Position numbers and translations under genes: made by a program. Of a stretch of 64,000 nucleotides of DNA, positions 31,327-41,133 are shown piece after piece. Source of the DNA: a bacterium (lineage in GTDB: Bacteria > Myxococcota_A > UBA9160 > UBA4427); contig JANOFF010000048.1 of NCBI GenBank assembly GCA_031413515.1, positions 9,673 to 73,672 of the forward strand. Reading direction: 5' to 3'. Position 1 is the stretch's first letter; every line of letters begins with the position of its first letter. The notes below the pieces were generated by a model, which did not search any database, was not told the DNA's origin, and saw nothing but the letters and a program-made list of their open reading frames with translations.

Positions 31327-32296
31327 GCGCAGCCAGCCGGCTCGGCATTCGACTCCCGATGCCATGTGCGAGCTGCAATGACGTCCTGCGCGATCTGTTC
31401 GCGAAGCAGGTCGGCGCCGTCGAACTTCCTTTCGGCGCGAAGCCGTGCGCGGAAGACGAGATCGATCTCCCGCCCGTACAGGTCACCCTTGAAATCGATC
31501 AGGTGGCCTCCGCGATCAGCCCGTGCCTGTCATCGAAGGTGGGACGATGGCCGACGTTGGTCACCGCCGGAAGCACTTGACCCCGGCCCGGCGTGCCATC
31601 GTCGAGGAATCGCACGTCGCAGACGTATACACCGGTCCCCGGCATGATCTCGTTCTCGTTGGCGAGATTCGCAGTCGGGAATCCGAGTTGGCGGCCCCGC
31701 CGCATCCCCTGCACCACCGGACCGCGCACGCTGAACGACCGACCCAGCAGTCGGCTCGCCTCCTCGACCTCGCCCTCGCGCAGCAGGGCGCGGATCCGTG
31801 TCGAATTGACGTCTCGCCCTCCGACGGTGACCTCGGGAATAATCGTCACCGAGAAGCCCAGGCGCGGGCCGGTCTCGGTCAGCAGACGCATGGAACCCTC
31901 GCGATCGCGACCGAAGTGGAAGTCGTATCCGACGTACACCTCCACGGGCGCGATCCGCGCATGGATGTGATCCCGGACGAAGATCTCGGGCGGCGTGCTC
32001 GCGAACTCGAGATCGAAGGGCTCGACGATCAGCACATCGAGGCCGATCTGTTCGAGGATCTCGATCTTCTGATCCATCGTGGCGAGCAGCTCGGGAGCCC
32101 GATCCGGCTGCAGCACCTTTCTCGGATGCGGGTCGAAGGTGTAGAGCACGGCTTCACCGCCGAGCGCGCGCGCTCGCGCGATCACGGTGTCGAGGATCGC
32201 GCGGTGTCCAAGATGGACACCGTCGAAGTTGCCGATCGTCAGCACGGGACGGACGAGCCGTCGGTCGAGCGCAGCCGTCCCCCGAACGAGCTTCAA
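31323..32296 (-). pseudogene. ribF: Bifunctional riboflavin kinase/FMN adenylyltransferase RibF, interrupted by an apparent 1-nt deletion (or sequence error)
   Basis: The frame from TTG 32296 (after AGAGGAG) reads …VLTIGNFDGVHLGHRAIL…VRGPVVQGMRRGRQLGFPTANL…VGHRPTFDDRHGLIAEAT* and stops at 31499-31501. The -1 frame continues from 31505 as HLIDFKGDLYGREIDLVFRARLRAERKFDGADLLREQIAQDVIAARTW…, ending at TGA 31323. That is the missing RibF C-terminus. Confidence 0.8.
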
Positions 32297-32313
32297 TGCT
32301 AGGCTCCTCTGCC

Positions 32314-33429
32314 GTGCGAACACTCTCGCGCTACTTCGTGACGCGCTATCTCGGGTTGTTCGCGCTCATCTTCATCGGTGCCACGCTCTCGATCGCGATC
32401 GTCGAACTGCTGCTCGACTCGGATGAAACCCTCGCCTCGCAGGCCGGCGTCTGGAATCTGATCGAATTCGTGTTCGTGCGCGTTCCATCCTACTACCTGC
32501 GCGACCTCGTCCCCATCTCGGCTTTCTTTGCGGCCTTCTTCACCATCGGTCTGGCGGTGCGCTGGCTCGAATGGACCGCGCTCGAGGCCGCCGGCCTGTC
32601 GCCGATCCAGATCATGCGGCCGGTGCTCGCGGCGGCGATCGGCCTGGCGGTCGCGATGGGAATCGCACGCGAGACGCTGGTCGCCCGTGTGATCGCAGGC
32701 CACGAAGCCGCTCGTCGTGATTCGGATGAAGATCTGCTGTTTCGTGAAGGGGCGTTCTGGTATCAGAAGGGGCGGTCCATCTTCAGCATCCACGCCAGCG
32801 ATCCAGCCTCCGGCACCCTGCGGGGCGTGGAAGTGTTCGAGCGAACCGATCACGGACGCCTGCTCGCGCATCTGAAGAGCGACCGGGTGACGGTCCGACC
32901 CGACGGATCCTGGCTGATGCATGACGTACTCGCCCGTCGATTCGATCCGACGCATCCCGATGAGCCGAGCCGCTTCGCCCACGAGGCCACCGTCGAGTTG
33001 CGTGTCGGTGCGAGCCCGACACGGCTGATGGAACAGACCGATGCGGCGGCGTTGCCTCTCTCGCAGCTCGTCGAGTATCTGGCGGCCCATCGGGGCGACG
33101 ATCATCCGGGCAGCCGGGCCGCCCTGCAGCGTCTGCACCGCCTGGTGCACGAGCGCTCGAGCGAGCCGATCGCTGCGGTGGTGTTCACGCTGCTCGCCCT
33201 GCCCCTCGGTCTGATCGTCCGGCCCGGTGGCAGCCTCGCCCCGGCCGCGGTCGCCGCGATCCTGGCGATGGCGGCGTTCCTGCTCGCACGCAGTATCGGA
33301 CTCGGGCTGGCCGATCGCGAGATCCTGCCGAATGTCGCCACGGTCTGGGCCATTCCCGCCTCCTTCAGTGGCGTGGCCATCGCCGCACTGTGGCTTCGGA
33401 CCCACCGCGGCCGCCCCTTTCGCAAGTGA
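32314..33429 (+). CDS. LptF/LptG-family LPS export permease
   Basis: VRTLSRYFVTRYLGLFALIFIGATLSIAIVELL… is the typical YjgP/YjgQ N-terminus. It has 6 TM helices with a periplasmic domain in the middle. GTG 32314 is preferred over ATG 32296, which collides with the ribF start. Confidence 0.8.
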   Translation: MRTLSRYFVTRYLGLFALIFIGATLSIAIVELLLDSDETLASQAGVWNLIEFVFVRVPSYYLRDLVPISAFFAAFFTIGLAVRWLEWTALEAAGLSPIQIMRPVLAAAIGLAVAMGIARETLVARVIAGHEAARRDSDEDLLFREGAFWYQKGRSIFSIHASDPASGTLRGVEVFERTDHGRLLAHLKSDRVTVRPDGSWLMHDVLARRFDPTHPDEPSRFAHEATVELRVGASPTRLMEQTDAAALPLSQLVEYLAAHRGDDHPGSRAALQRLHRLVHERSSEPIAAVVFTLLALPLGLIVRPGGSLAPAAVAAILAMAAFLLARSIGLGLADREILPNVATVWAIPASFSGVAIAALWLRTHRGRPFRK

Positions 33430-33444
33430 TCCGAAAGTGATCGA

Positions 33445-34380
33445 TCACTCCGGCGAAGACGCCTCGGGGATCGGATCCTTCAGAGCTGCGGGCAGGCCCA
33501 TGTCCCACGCCTGACGGCTCGGATCGAGGAACCGGAACAGTGCGTGGTCCGGCGGCAGTACCAGGGTCGTGCGTTGACCGAGAGTCGCGCGATAGGTCTC
33601 GAGGCTGCGGACGAAGCCATAGAACTCGGGGTCGCGGCCGAACGCATCGGCGTAGATGGCGGCGGATTCTGCATCGCCTTCGCCGCGGATCTTTTCGGCT
33701 CCGGCCGTCGCCTGCGCGAGCAGCGTACGCGCTTCACGACTCGCCTTGGCACGCACCTCGCGCGCCCCGCGTTCACCGCGCGCGCGGTGCTCTCGCGAGA
33801 TCGCGTGTCGCTGTTCGCGCATCTGTTCGTAGGCGGCGTTCTCGGCGCGCTCGGGCAGTTCGGTGCGATTGATCCGCACATCGAGGATCTCGATCCCCTT
33901 CTCCCGCAGTGACGCGCTGACATCCTCCCCGAGAGCCGACAGCACCCTCGCCCTTCCGAGCAGCTGGCTGAGCGGCATGCGGCTCACCGTCGCACCCACC
34001 TCGCTCTGAAGGCGACGCTGGATCACCGTCGTCGCGTCGGGGATCAGTCCGGGAAACGATCGCCGGAACTGGAGCGGATCGGAGATCCGCCAGATCGCGA
34101 AGTAATCGACGATCATGACCTCGTTCTCGATCGGCACTTCGGACGGCGCGGCGTCGAGGTACTGGAGCCGCTTGTCGATCGATTCCATCGTCTCGAAAAA
34201 AGGAATGCGGAAGGTGATCCCGGGCTCGCTGAGAGGCTCACGCCACGGCGAACCGAGCAGCAGCGGAATCCGATACTCCCACTCGTTGACGATCACGACC
34301 GGGCCATAGCCGTACTGGCCGGCCCACAGGATCCCGGCGGCGCTCGCCATCAAGATCAGGACCACGTAGAGGAACCTCAT
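33445..34380 (-). CDS. hflC: FtsH-modulating SPFH protein HflC
   Basis: It has an N-terminal TM helix, an SPFH/band-7 core and a coiled coil (…RINRTELPERAENAAYEQMREQRHAISREHRARGE…). Its ATG overlaps the hflK stop (ATGA). Confidence 0.85.
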   Translation of the reverse strand: MRFLYVVLILMASAAGILWAGQYGYGPVVIVNEWEYRIPLLLGSPWREPLSEPGITFRIPFFETMESIDKRLQYLDAAPSEVPIENEVMIVDYFAIWRISDPLQFRRSFPGLIPDATTVIQRRLQSEVGATVSRMPLSQLLGRARVLSALGEDVSASLREKGIEILDVRINRTELPERAENAAYEQMREQRHAISREHRARGERGAREVRAKASREARTLLAQATAGAEKIRGEGDAESAAIYADAFGRDPEFYGFVRSLETYRATLGQRTTLVLPPDHALFRFLDPSRQAWDMGLPAALKDPIPEASSPE

Positions 34381-35435
34381 CGCGACGGCTCCTTGACGGA
34401 CTTCTGGGCAGCATCCGGAGCGCTGCCACTGGCGGACGAGACGGCGGGATCGCGAGAACCCTGCAGCAAGGGCATCACGCCGACGGTATCCGGATCGATG
34501 ATGACCTTCTCGACGTTCGGGAGGACCACGTCCATCGTCTCGAGGTACAGACGCCGCCTCGTCACCTCGGGTGCACGGGCGTATTCGACATATAGAGAGA
34601 TGAAGCGCTCGCCCTCGCCCCTCGCCTCGAGGATCCTGGCTTCTTTGTAGCCCTCCGATTCCTCGTGCAGTTCGCTCGCCTCGGCGCGCGCTCGCTCGAG
34701 AATCTCCTGGGCATCCCCTTTGGCTCCCGAGATGCTTCGCTCCGCATCCTGCCCCGCCGAGGAGACTTCCTGGAAAGCCTGCTTGACGGCACTCGGCGGC
34801 TGGACGTCGAGCAGACTGATCTTGTCGATCGAGAAGGCCACGGTGCCACCGGCATCCTCTGCGTAGGCGGCGAGTGTCGCGATCAGTGCCTTCCGGGCTT
34901 CGACTTCGATCTCCGTCTTCCGCTTGATCAGGACATCGTCGACCATCATGCCGCCGATCACCTTGCGAACCGCTGCCTGTGCGGTCTCGTACAGGACGGA
35001 TTGCGGCTCGGCCATCGAGAACGCGAACGCGTAGGCGTCATCGATCGTGTACTGAAGATCGAAAGTGACGCTGACGATGTTCTTGTCGGCGGTCTGGATG
35101 AACAGACCTTCCTCGGGAACGGCTTCTGCAGAAACGGGGTCACCGGTCGCCCCGCTGAAGATGCGCGTGCGCACGCCGCTGGCGTTGACGGGAACGTCGT
35201 ACTCGATCGGCTCGGGCCAGTGCCAGTTCAGACCCTCGCGCTTGACGGTCCGATCGTGTTCACCGAGTCGCAGGATGATGGCTTCCTCGCCGAGTTCGAG
35301 CTGATAGAAGCCTGTGCTGAGCCATCCCCCGATCACCGCGAGGGCGGTGAGCACGACGACCGAGTTGGTGAGCGTCCGCGCGACGCTCCGCAGAACCTTC
35401 CTCTCCGTCGGCGCGGGCTCTTCGGGCTGATCCAC
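34377..35435 (-). CDS. hflK: FtsH-modulating SPFH protein HflK
   Basis: It has a TM helix and an SPFH domain (…FYQLELGEEAIILRLGEHDRTVKREGLNWHWPEPIE…). The C-terminus is …RRRLYLETMDVVLPNVEKVIID. The GTG start directly abuts the upstream stop. Confidence 0.85.
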   Translation of the reverse strand: MDQPEEPAPTERKVLRSVARTLTNSVVVLTALAVIGGWLSTGFYQLELGEEAIILRLGEHDRTVKREGLNWHWPEPIEYDVPVNASGVRTRIFSGATGDPVSAEAVPEEGLFIQTADKNIVSVTFDLQYTIDDAYAFAFSMAEPQSVLYETAQAAVRKVIGGMMVDDVLIKRKTEIEVEARKALIATLAAYAEDAGGTVAFSIDKISLLDVQPPSAVKQAFQEVSSAGQDAERSISGAKGDAQEILERARAEASELHEESEGYKEARILEARGEGERFISLYVEYARAPEVTRRRLYLETMDVVLPNVEKVIIDPDTVGVMPLLQGSRDPAVSSASGSAPDAAQKSVKEPSR

Positions 35436-36230
35436 CTAGCGGACCCCGCCGCCCTGACTCCCGCCGCCGTCACTCGTCGGTTCGTCTCCGCTGCGGAGCG
35501 CCTTCATGAATGGCCGGATCATGTCGATCGGGAAGGGGAAGATGGTCGTCGAGCTGTTCGTACCGGCGATCTCGTTCAGGGTCTGGAGATAGCGGAGCTG
35601 CAGACCCGCCTCTTCGCTCGACAGGATCCGGGCCGCGTCTGCCAGGAGTTGTGATGCGAGCTTCTCGCCCTCTGCCAGGGTCACCTTGGCCCGCTTCTCG
35701 CGCTCGGCCTCCGCCTGCTTGGCCATCACCCGCTGCATGTCCTGCGGCAGATCGATCTGCTTGACCTCGACCGCGCGCACCTTGACGCCCCAGGGCTCGG
35801 TCTGCTGGTCGATGATCTCCTGGAGCTTCTGATTGATCCGATCGCGCTCGGCCAGCAACTCATCCAGCTCGGCCTGACCGCAGACGCTTCGCAGCGTCGT
35901 CTGAGCCAGCTGCGAAGTGCCGTAGAGATAGTTCTCGACCTGGATCACGGCCTTCTCCGGATGCAGGACCCGGAAGTACAGAACGGCATTCACCTTGACC
36001 GACACGTTGTCGCGGGTGATGACCTCCTGCGACGGCACGTCCATCACGATCTCACGCAACCCGATCCTCACCATGCGATCGACGCCGGGAATGATCCAGC
36101 GCAGGCCGGCGGTCCGCAGGCCCACGTAGCGACCGAGCCGGAACAGCACACCCCGCTCGTACTCCGGGATGATGCGCACGCCCGTGAACAACAGAGCGAG
36201 CAGGATGCCCAGCAGGATCGCGATGGCCAT
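35436..36230 (-). CDS. Stomatin/slipin-family SPFH protein (QmcA/YbbK-like)
   Basis: [54 protein letters not shown]…[19 protein letters not shown] is a canonical prokaryotic stomatin sequence. Confidence 0.9.
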   Translation of the reverse strand: MAIAILLGILLALLFTGVRIIPEYERGVLFRLGRYVGLRTAGLRWIIPGVDRMVRIGLREIVMDVPSQEVITRDNVSVKVNAVLYFRVLHPEKAVIQVENYLYGTSQLAQTTLRSVCGQAELDELLAERDRINQKLQEIIDQQTEPWGVKVRAVEVKQIDLPQDMQRVMAKQAEAEREKRAKVTLAEGEKLASQLLADAARILSSEEAGLQLRYLQTLNEIAGTNSSTTIFPFPIDMIRPFMKALRSGDEPTSDGGGSQGGGVR

Positions 36231-36275
36231 GGATGATTCCTTCCCGATGGGGCGGTGATGGGGATCGGCAGAGGT

Positions 36276-37601
36276 TTAGCGCGGGGAAACCGCTCTTCGC
36301 ACGCGAAGTCGCAATCCTTCGACCGCCACGACCTCGACGGAATCTCCCGCACCGATCTTCGTGTCGGCCGAAGCATTCCAGTATTCGCCGCGAACGAAGA
36401 CCTTGCCGTCGGGCTCGAGTGCGCTGGTCGCGCGACCGATCAGGCCGATCATCTCATCGACGCCCGCAGACTGGCGCGCAAACATCGTCCGCCCGATCGA
36501 GAACACGACGAGGCCGGAGAAGATGGCGAGTCCCGCGACTGCCGGGACGAGGACGGACCAGAAATCGACAGTCAAGTCGCTGACCTCGGGCTGTTCGAAC
36601 ACCATGGTTCCACCCAGCAGGAAGCAGATGATCCCCGCCGTGAAGAGCAGACCGAACGACGTCACGAAGATCTCGGCGATGAGCAGACCGAGTCCCGCAA
36701 ACATCAGCACGAGCCCGATCCAGTCGAAGGGCAGGATCTGAAGCGCGAAGCCAGTCAGCACGAGACAGATGGCGCCCGCCACGCCGGGCAGGATCAATCC
36801 CGGACTGTTGAATTCGATGTACAGGCCCATCACGCCGGCGAGCATCAGAATCACCGCGACGTTCGGATCCGCGAGAAAATTGAAGATGCTCTGCAGCAGC
36901 GTCATCCCGATCGGAACGACGATCGCATCCGCGAGTTCGAGCTTGCGTGTCTTGCCGTCGACCTCGACCTCCCAGCCCTCGATGGCCTCGAGCAATTCAG
37001 TCCGGCTCGATGCGACCAGATCGATCACGTTCAGCTTCAGCGCTTCTTCGGCGTCGACCGCCACCGAATTGCGCACCGCTTCGGCGACCCATTCGACATT
37101 GCGCTTGCGGTGCTTGGCGATGCTCTCCACGTACGACGCGATCAGGTTCGCCGCCTTCTCCATCGAGGGATCCTTGCCCCCCTCGTCGTTCTCAGCGCCG
37201 CCTCCGCCACCACCGATCGAAACTGGATGCGCGGCCCCGATCGAACTTCCCGGCGTCATCGCCGCGACGTTGCCCGCGATCGTGATCATCGTTCCGGCGG
37301 ATGCCGCCCAGGCCCCGCGCGGCGTCACGTAGACGATGGTGGGCACCCGGGCGTTCAGCATCGCCTTGATGATGTCCTGGGTCGACGCCACGAGACCGCC
37401 CGGAGTGTCCATCTCGATCAGCAGCGCCGCCGCCGACTCGGCTTCGCTCTTCTCGATCGCATGGATGATGTAGTCGGCCGACGCCGGGTTGATCGAACCA
37501 TCGACCGTGATCTGCATGATGCGCGGGCTGGCGTACACCTCGCTGGAAGCGAGCCCGAGCAGCGTCAGTGCCGCGAAGAAGATCCCTCCGTGCCTCGCCA
37601 T
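36276..37601 (-). CDS. NfeD-family membrane-bound serine protease (ClpP-class, stomatin-operon partner)
   Basis: The 739-aa ORF is trimmed to ATG 37601 (MARHGGIFFAALTLLGLASSEVYA…). The ClpP-like domain reads …LIEMDTPGGLVASTQDIIKAML…GAWAASAGTMITIAG…. It also has a TM bundle and a C-terminal NfeD OB domain (…GKVFVRGEYWNASAD…VEVVAVEGLRLRV). Confidence 0.85.
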   Translation of the reverse strand: MARHGGIFFAALTLLGLASSEVYASPRIMQITVDGSINPASADYIIHAIEKSEAESAAALLIEMDTPGGLVASTQDIIKAMLNARVPTIVYVTPRGAWAASAGTMITIAGNVAAMTPGSSIGAAHPVSIGGGGGGAENDEGGKDPSMEKAANLIASYVESIAKHRKRNVEWVAEAVRNSVAVDAEEALKLNVIDLVASSRTELLEAIEGWEVEVDGKTRKLELADAIVVPIGMTLLQSIFNFLADPNVAVILMLAGVMGLYIEFNSPGLILPGVAGAICLVLTGFALQILPFDWIGLVLMFAGLGLLIAEIFVTSFGLLFTAGIICFLLGGTMVFEQPEVSDLTVDFWSVLVPAVAGLAIFSGLVVFSIGRTMFARQSAGVDEMIGLIGRATSALEPDGKVFVRGEYWNASADTKIGAGDSVEVVAVEGLRLRVRRAVSPR

Positions 37602-37660
37602 GCATGCGCCGATCGACGAGCGCCTGCGCTCGTCGACCCGCGTCACGTTCGACAGTCTCC

Positions 37661-38872
37661 TCAAGTTTTCCGCTCCTCGCACAGCTTCTCGACCCGATCC
37701 AGGATCTGTGCCGCGATCTCCGACTTGCCGAGCAACGGGATGTCCTCGACGCCGCCGTCGGGAGTCAGCAGATGGACGGCATTGGTGTCGACGTTGAAAC
37801 CCGCGTCGGATCGCGAGACGTCGTTGGCCACCAGCAGATCGCAGCCCTTGCGCGCGAGCTTCCGGCGGGCGGCTTCGATCACGTCGTGACTCTCGGCCGC
37901 GAAACCGACGACGATCCGGCTGCCCTTCGCGCGACAGACTTCCTGGAGGATGTCGGGATTGGCGACCAGTTCGAGGATCACGGGCTGATCCGCCGGCAGA
38001 CTCTCCTTCTTGATCTTCTGCGTCGAGACCCGCGCGGGTCTCCAGTCCGCGACGGCGGCGGCCTTGATGACGATGGTCGCGCCGGGCAGCTGCGCCATCA
38101 CGGCGTCGCGCATCTCGAGCGCCGTGCCGACGTCGATCCGCTCGGCACCGAACGGCGTAGGCAGCGACGTGACTCCGGCCACCAGACACACCTCGGCGCC
38201 GCGCCGCAGCGCCTCGACGGCCAGCGCGAAGCCCATCTTGCCCGACGACCGATTGGTGATGCTGCGGACCGCATCGATCGGCTCGGCGGTTCCACCGGCC
38301 GTGATGAGCACACGCTCGCCCGCCAGCGATCCGTGGCCGAGCGCACGGGCAGCCGCTGCCGCGATCGTGTCGGGATCGGACATCCGCCCGAGACCCTCCC
38401 AGCCGCATGCCAGCTCGCCGGCCTCCGGGCCGACCACCTGAACGCCTCGCGTGAGCAGGAGTTCGACGTTGTGGCGCGTCGCCGGATGGTTCCACATGTT
38501 GACGTTCATCGCGGGAGCGATCAGGACGGGCGCTCGCGTCGCGAGCAGCACCGCGGTCACGAGATCATCCGCGATTCCGTGCGCCATCCGGGCAATCAGA
38601 TTCGCGGTGGCCGGCGCGACGATCACCAGATCGGCCTGATCGGCGAGCTCGATGTGATCGATCTCCCCTTCCTCGGATGGATCGAAGAGGTCGGTCCGGA
38701 CCGACTGTCCAGTCAGGGTCTGCAGTACGAGTGGAGTCACGAAGCGCGCCGCCGACGCAGTCATCGCACAGCGCACCGTGTGCCCGGCGCGGATCAGCGT
38801 GCGGACGAGTTCCGGCACCTTGTAGGCGGCGATGCCGCCGCTGACCGCGATCAGGATCCGGCCGGACTCCAT
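37661..38872 (-). CDS. coaBC: Phosphopantothenoylcysteine decarboxylase / phosphopantothenate-cysteine ligase CoaBC
   Basis: MESGRILIAVSGGIAAYKVPELVRTLIRAGHTVRCAMTASAARFVTPL…PAMNVNMW…ITNRSSGKMG… is canonical Dfp/CoaBC. Confidence 0.95.
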   Translation of the reverse strand: MESGRILIAVSGGIAAYKVPELVRTLIRAGHTVRCAMTASAARFVTPLVLQTLTGQSVRTDLFDPSEEGEIDHIELADQADLVIVAPATANLIARMAHGIADDLVTAVLLATRAPVLIAPAMNVNMWNHPATRHNVELLLTRGVQVVGPEAGELACGWEGLGRMSDPDTIAAAAARALGHGSLAGERVLITAGGTAEPIDAVRSITNRSSGKMGFALAVEALRRGAEVCLVAGVTSLPTPFGAERIDVGTALEMRDAVMAQLPGATIVIKAAAVADWRPARVSTQKIKKESLPADQPVILELVANPDILQEVCRAKGSRIVVGFAAESHDVIEAARRKLARKGCDLLVANDVSRSDAGFNVDTNAVHLLTPDGGVEDIPLLGKSEIAAQILDRVEKLCEERKT

Positions 38873-39097
38873 CCGTCTCTTCCCTCCTCGCTTCGATCCG
38901 GGCCGCCCGGCCCGCGCCCGCCGCGCCTCTGGCCTGCCCAGGCGGTTGCTTGCCCAGAGCAGCGGCGGTGCTCGGGTGGGTCCGACCGATCTGCCGATGT
39001 ATGCCCGCGACGCACAAGCGTTTCTGGCAGTGCGAGAGTACCCGACGGCCCGCGGCGTTCCAAGCCACGGCGTGCTGGAAGACAGTGACTCGCGCAG

Positions 39098-40660
39098 TCA
39101 TGGACGCCCGAAGGCTCCGAGCCGAGCCGCTGCCGCGGCGCGTTCGAGCAGGCGCTCGGCGTCGCCGAGTCTCGCTGCGAGTCGATCCGACGCGGTTGCT
39201 TCGGCATAGATCCGGATGACGGGTTCGGTCCCCGACGCCCGCCAGATCACGAATCCGTCGTCGAATGCGAGACGCAGACCATCCTCGCGATCGATGGCCC
39301 GCACCTCGGACCGGCCGACGCGGCTCGGCGGCGTCCGTGTGATCGAAGCCAGTCCGCGATCCCGATCCGGCGTCCGTGCCAGCGCGCGACGACCGCAGTC
39401 CGAGCGTCCGAACTCCCGTTCGAGTTCATGCAGCCTCTGCGAGAGACCTCCGCGTCGTGTCGAAGCCAGTTCGCAGAGCAACACACCCGCCAGCATGCCG
39501 TCCTTGTCGACTCCCATCCGCGCCCACGCGAACCCGCCGCTCTCCTCGCCGGCGACGTCGACCTCGCCCGCGAGCATTTCGCCGGCGAGGTGCTTGAATC
39601 CGATCGGTCGCCGCACAACCTCGAGTCCGTGCGCGATGGCGACCCGCTCCACCAGCGAGCCCGTCGCGAACGAAATCGCGAGCCCGCGTCTCACGCGTCG
39701 GGTGCGCACGAGATGATCGACGAGCAGGGCCAGCACTTCGGTCTCGCTGAGGACGCGTCCGTCGGCGAGAACCACGCCGAAGCGATCCGCGTCGCCATCG
39801 GTCGCAAGGCCGATCCGGGGGCCGCGGCCCCCGGCAACACGCGCTGCGAGAGCCGACAGGTTGGACGCGATGGGATCCGGCGCGCAGCCGCCGAAACAAG
39901 GATCGAAGTCGCAGCGCAATCGCGTCACCCGGAATCCGGCCCGCTCGAGCACGAGATCGAGCACGCCCGCACCCGCTCCGTGCATTGCGTCATAGAAGAC
40001 GCGCATCGAAGGACCGGTCCGGCGACGCGCTTCGAAGAGCCGACCGAGATCCCGCGTGTAGGCGCTCGCGAGGTCCACCCGTCTGAGCTTTCCCGTTCCG
40101 GATCCACCGCTGGACGCCGAAGCCGAAGCCAGTCGCTCTTCGATGTTCTTCGCCTCACGATCCGGAATCGCCGCTCCGTCCGGTCCGAACACCTTGATGC
40201 CGTGGTACTCGGGTGGGTTGTGGCTGGCGGTCAGCATCAACCCACCGGCCACGTGTCGCCGATGGACCGCGTGGGTCAGGACCGGGGTCGGAATCGGTCC
40301 GCCCGAAAGGCATGCCTCGAGGCCCTCCTCGACGAGCACGGCCGCGGTGATCTCGGCCATGGCCAGGCTCGCGAAGCGGGTGTCATAGCCGATCAGCACG
40401 CGCCGAGATCCCGAGCGCTCGCGCATCCAGCCGGCCGTCGCGCGAGCGAGTGCTCGCAGTCGCGGATACGTGACGGCCTCGCCGAGCACTCCTCGCCAAC
40501 CACTGGTCCCGAACGCGATCCCGGTCGGATCCTGCGCGTCAGTGCGACTCACCCGGCCTGTCCCCGCGTCGTTCGTGGTGCGCGGCGCGAGCGGATCGGC
40601 GGTACCGATCCAGCCCGCGACCTTCGCGATCAGCTGCCCGCGAACTTCCGTTTCAAGCAA
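39098..40660 (-). CDS. Alpha-D-phosphohexomutase family enzyme (phosphoglucomutase/phosphomannomutase)
   Basis: The motifs are FGTSGWRG, the active-site loop TASHNPPEYHGIK, and the metal loop ATDGDADRFG. The start is uncertain: TTG 40660 overlaps coaD by 31 nt, and GTG 40552 (VSRTDAQDPTGIAFGTSGWRG) is an alternative. Confidence 0.85.
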   Translation of the reverse strand: MLETEVRGQLIAKVAGWIGTADPLAPRTTNDAGTGRVSRTDAQDPTGIAFGTSGWRGVLGEAVTYPRLRALARATAGWMRERSGSRRVLIGYDTRFASLAMAEITAAVLVEEGLEACLSGGPIPTPVLTHAVHRRHVAGGLMLTASHNPPEYHGIKVFGPDGAAIPDREAKNIEERLASASASSGGSGTGKLRRVDLASAYTRDLGRLFEARRRTGPSMRVFYDAMHGAGAGVLDLVLERAGFRVTRLRCDFDPCFGGCAPDPIASNLSALAARVAGGRGPRIGLATDGDADRFGVVLADGRVLSETEVLALLVDHLVRTRRVRRGLAISFATGSLVERVAIAHGLEVVRRPIGFKHLAGEMLAGEVDVAGEESGGFAWARMGVDKDGMLAGVLLCELASTRRGGLSQRLHELEREFGRSDCGRRALARTPDRDRGLASITRTPPSRVGRSEVRAIDREDGLRLAFDDGFVIWRASGTEPVIRIYAEATASDRLAARLGDAERLLERAAAAARLGAFGRP

Positions 40661-41133
40661 TCCTCGACGATCGGCGGTACGAAATCGGCGATGGACGCGC
40701 CGAATCTCGCCAGTTCCTTGAGGCGCGAAGAGCTGACGTACAGATAATCCTGGCTGGCCGCCAGGAAGATGATCTCGACCTTCGGCTCGAGATGCCGATT
40801 CATCAGCGCCATCTCGAACTCGTACTCGAAGTCCGACATCGCGCGCAGGCCGCGAATGATCGCGCAGGCTCCGATGTCCCGGGCATATTCGACCACGAGA
40901 CCCTCGAATGATTCGATCCGCACGCGATCGACTTCACTGAGTATCCCGTGGAGCATCGACAACCGTTCGTCCAGGGAGAAAGTGCCGGCCTTGGCGACGT
41001 TCTTCGCGACCGCAACCACGACCTCGTCGAAGACGTTGAGACTCCGGTGGATCACGTCCAGGTGGCCGTTCGTCACGGGATCGAAACTGGCGGGAAACAA
41101 CCCGATTCTCTTCGCCTTCGCATGGATGCTCAT
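40630..41133 (-). CDS. coaD: Pantetheine-phosphate adenylyltransferase
   Basis: Trimmed to ATG 41133 (MSIHAKAKRIGLFPASFDPVTNGHLDVIHRS…), which carries the T/HxGH nucleotidyltransferase motif. It overlaps the rsmD stop (ATGA). Confidence 0.9.
   Translation of the reverse strand: MSIHAKAKRIGLFPASFDPVTNGHLDVIHRSLNVFDEVVVAVAKNVAKAGTFSLDERLSMLHGILSEVDRVRIESFEGLVVEYARDIGACAIIRGLRAMSDFEYEFEMALMNRHLEPKVEIIFLAASQDYLYVSSSRLKELARFGASIADFVPPIVEDCLKRKFAGS

Noticed and set aside
37602-38495. The 5' extension of the 739-aa ORF containing NfeD.
   Set aside because: The extension overlaps coaBC in a different frame and is Arg/Gly-rich. A signal-peptide-bearing ATG at 37601 gives a normal-length NfeD.
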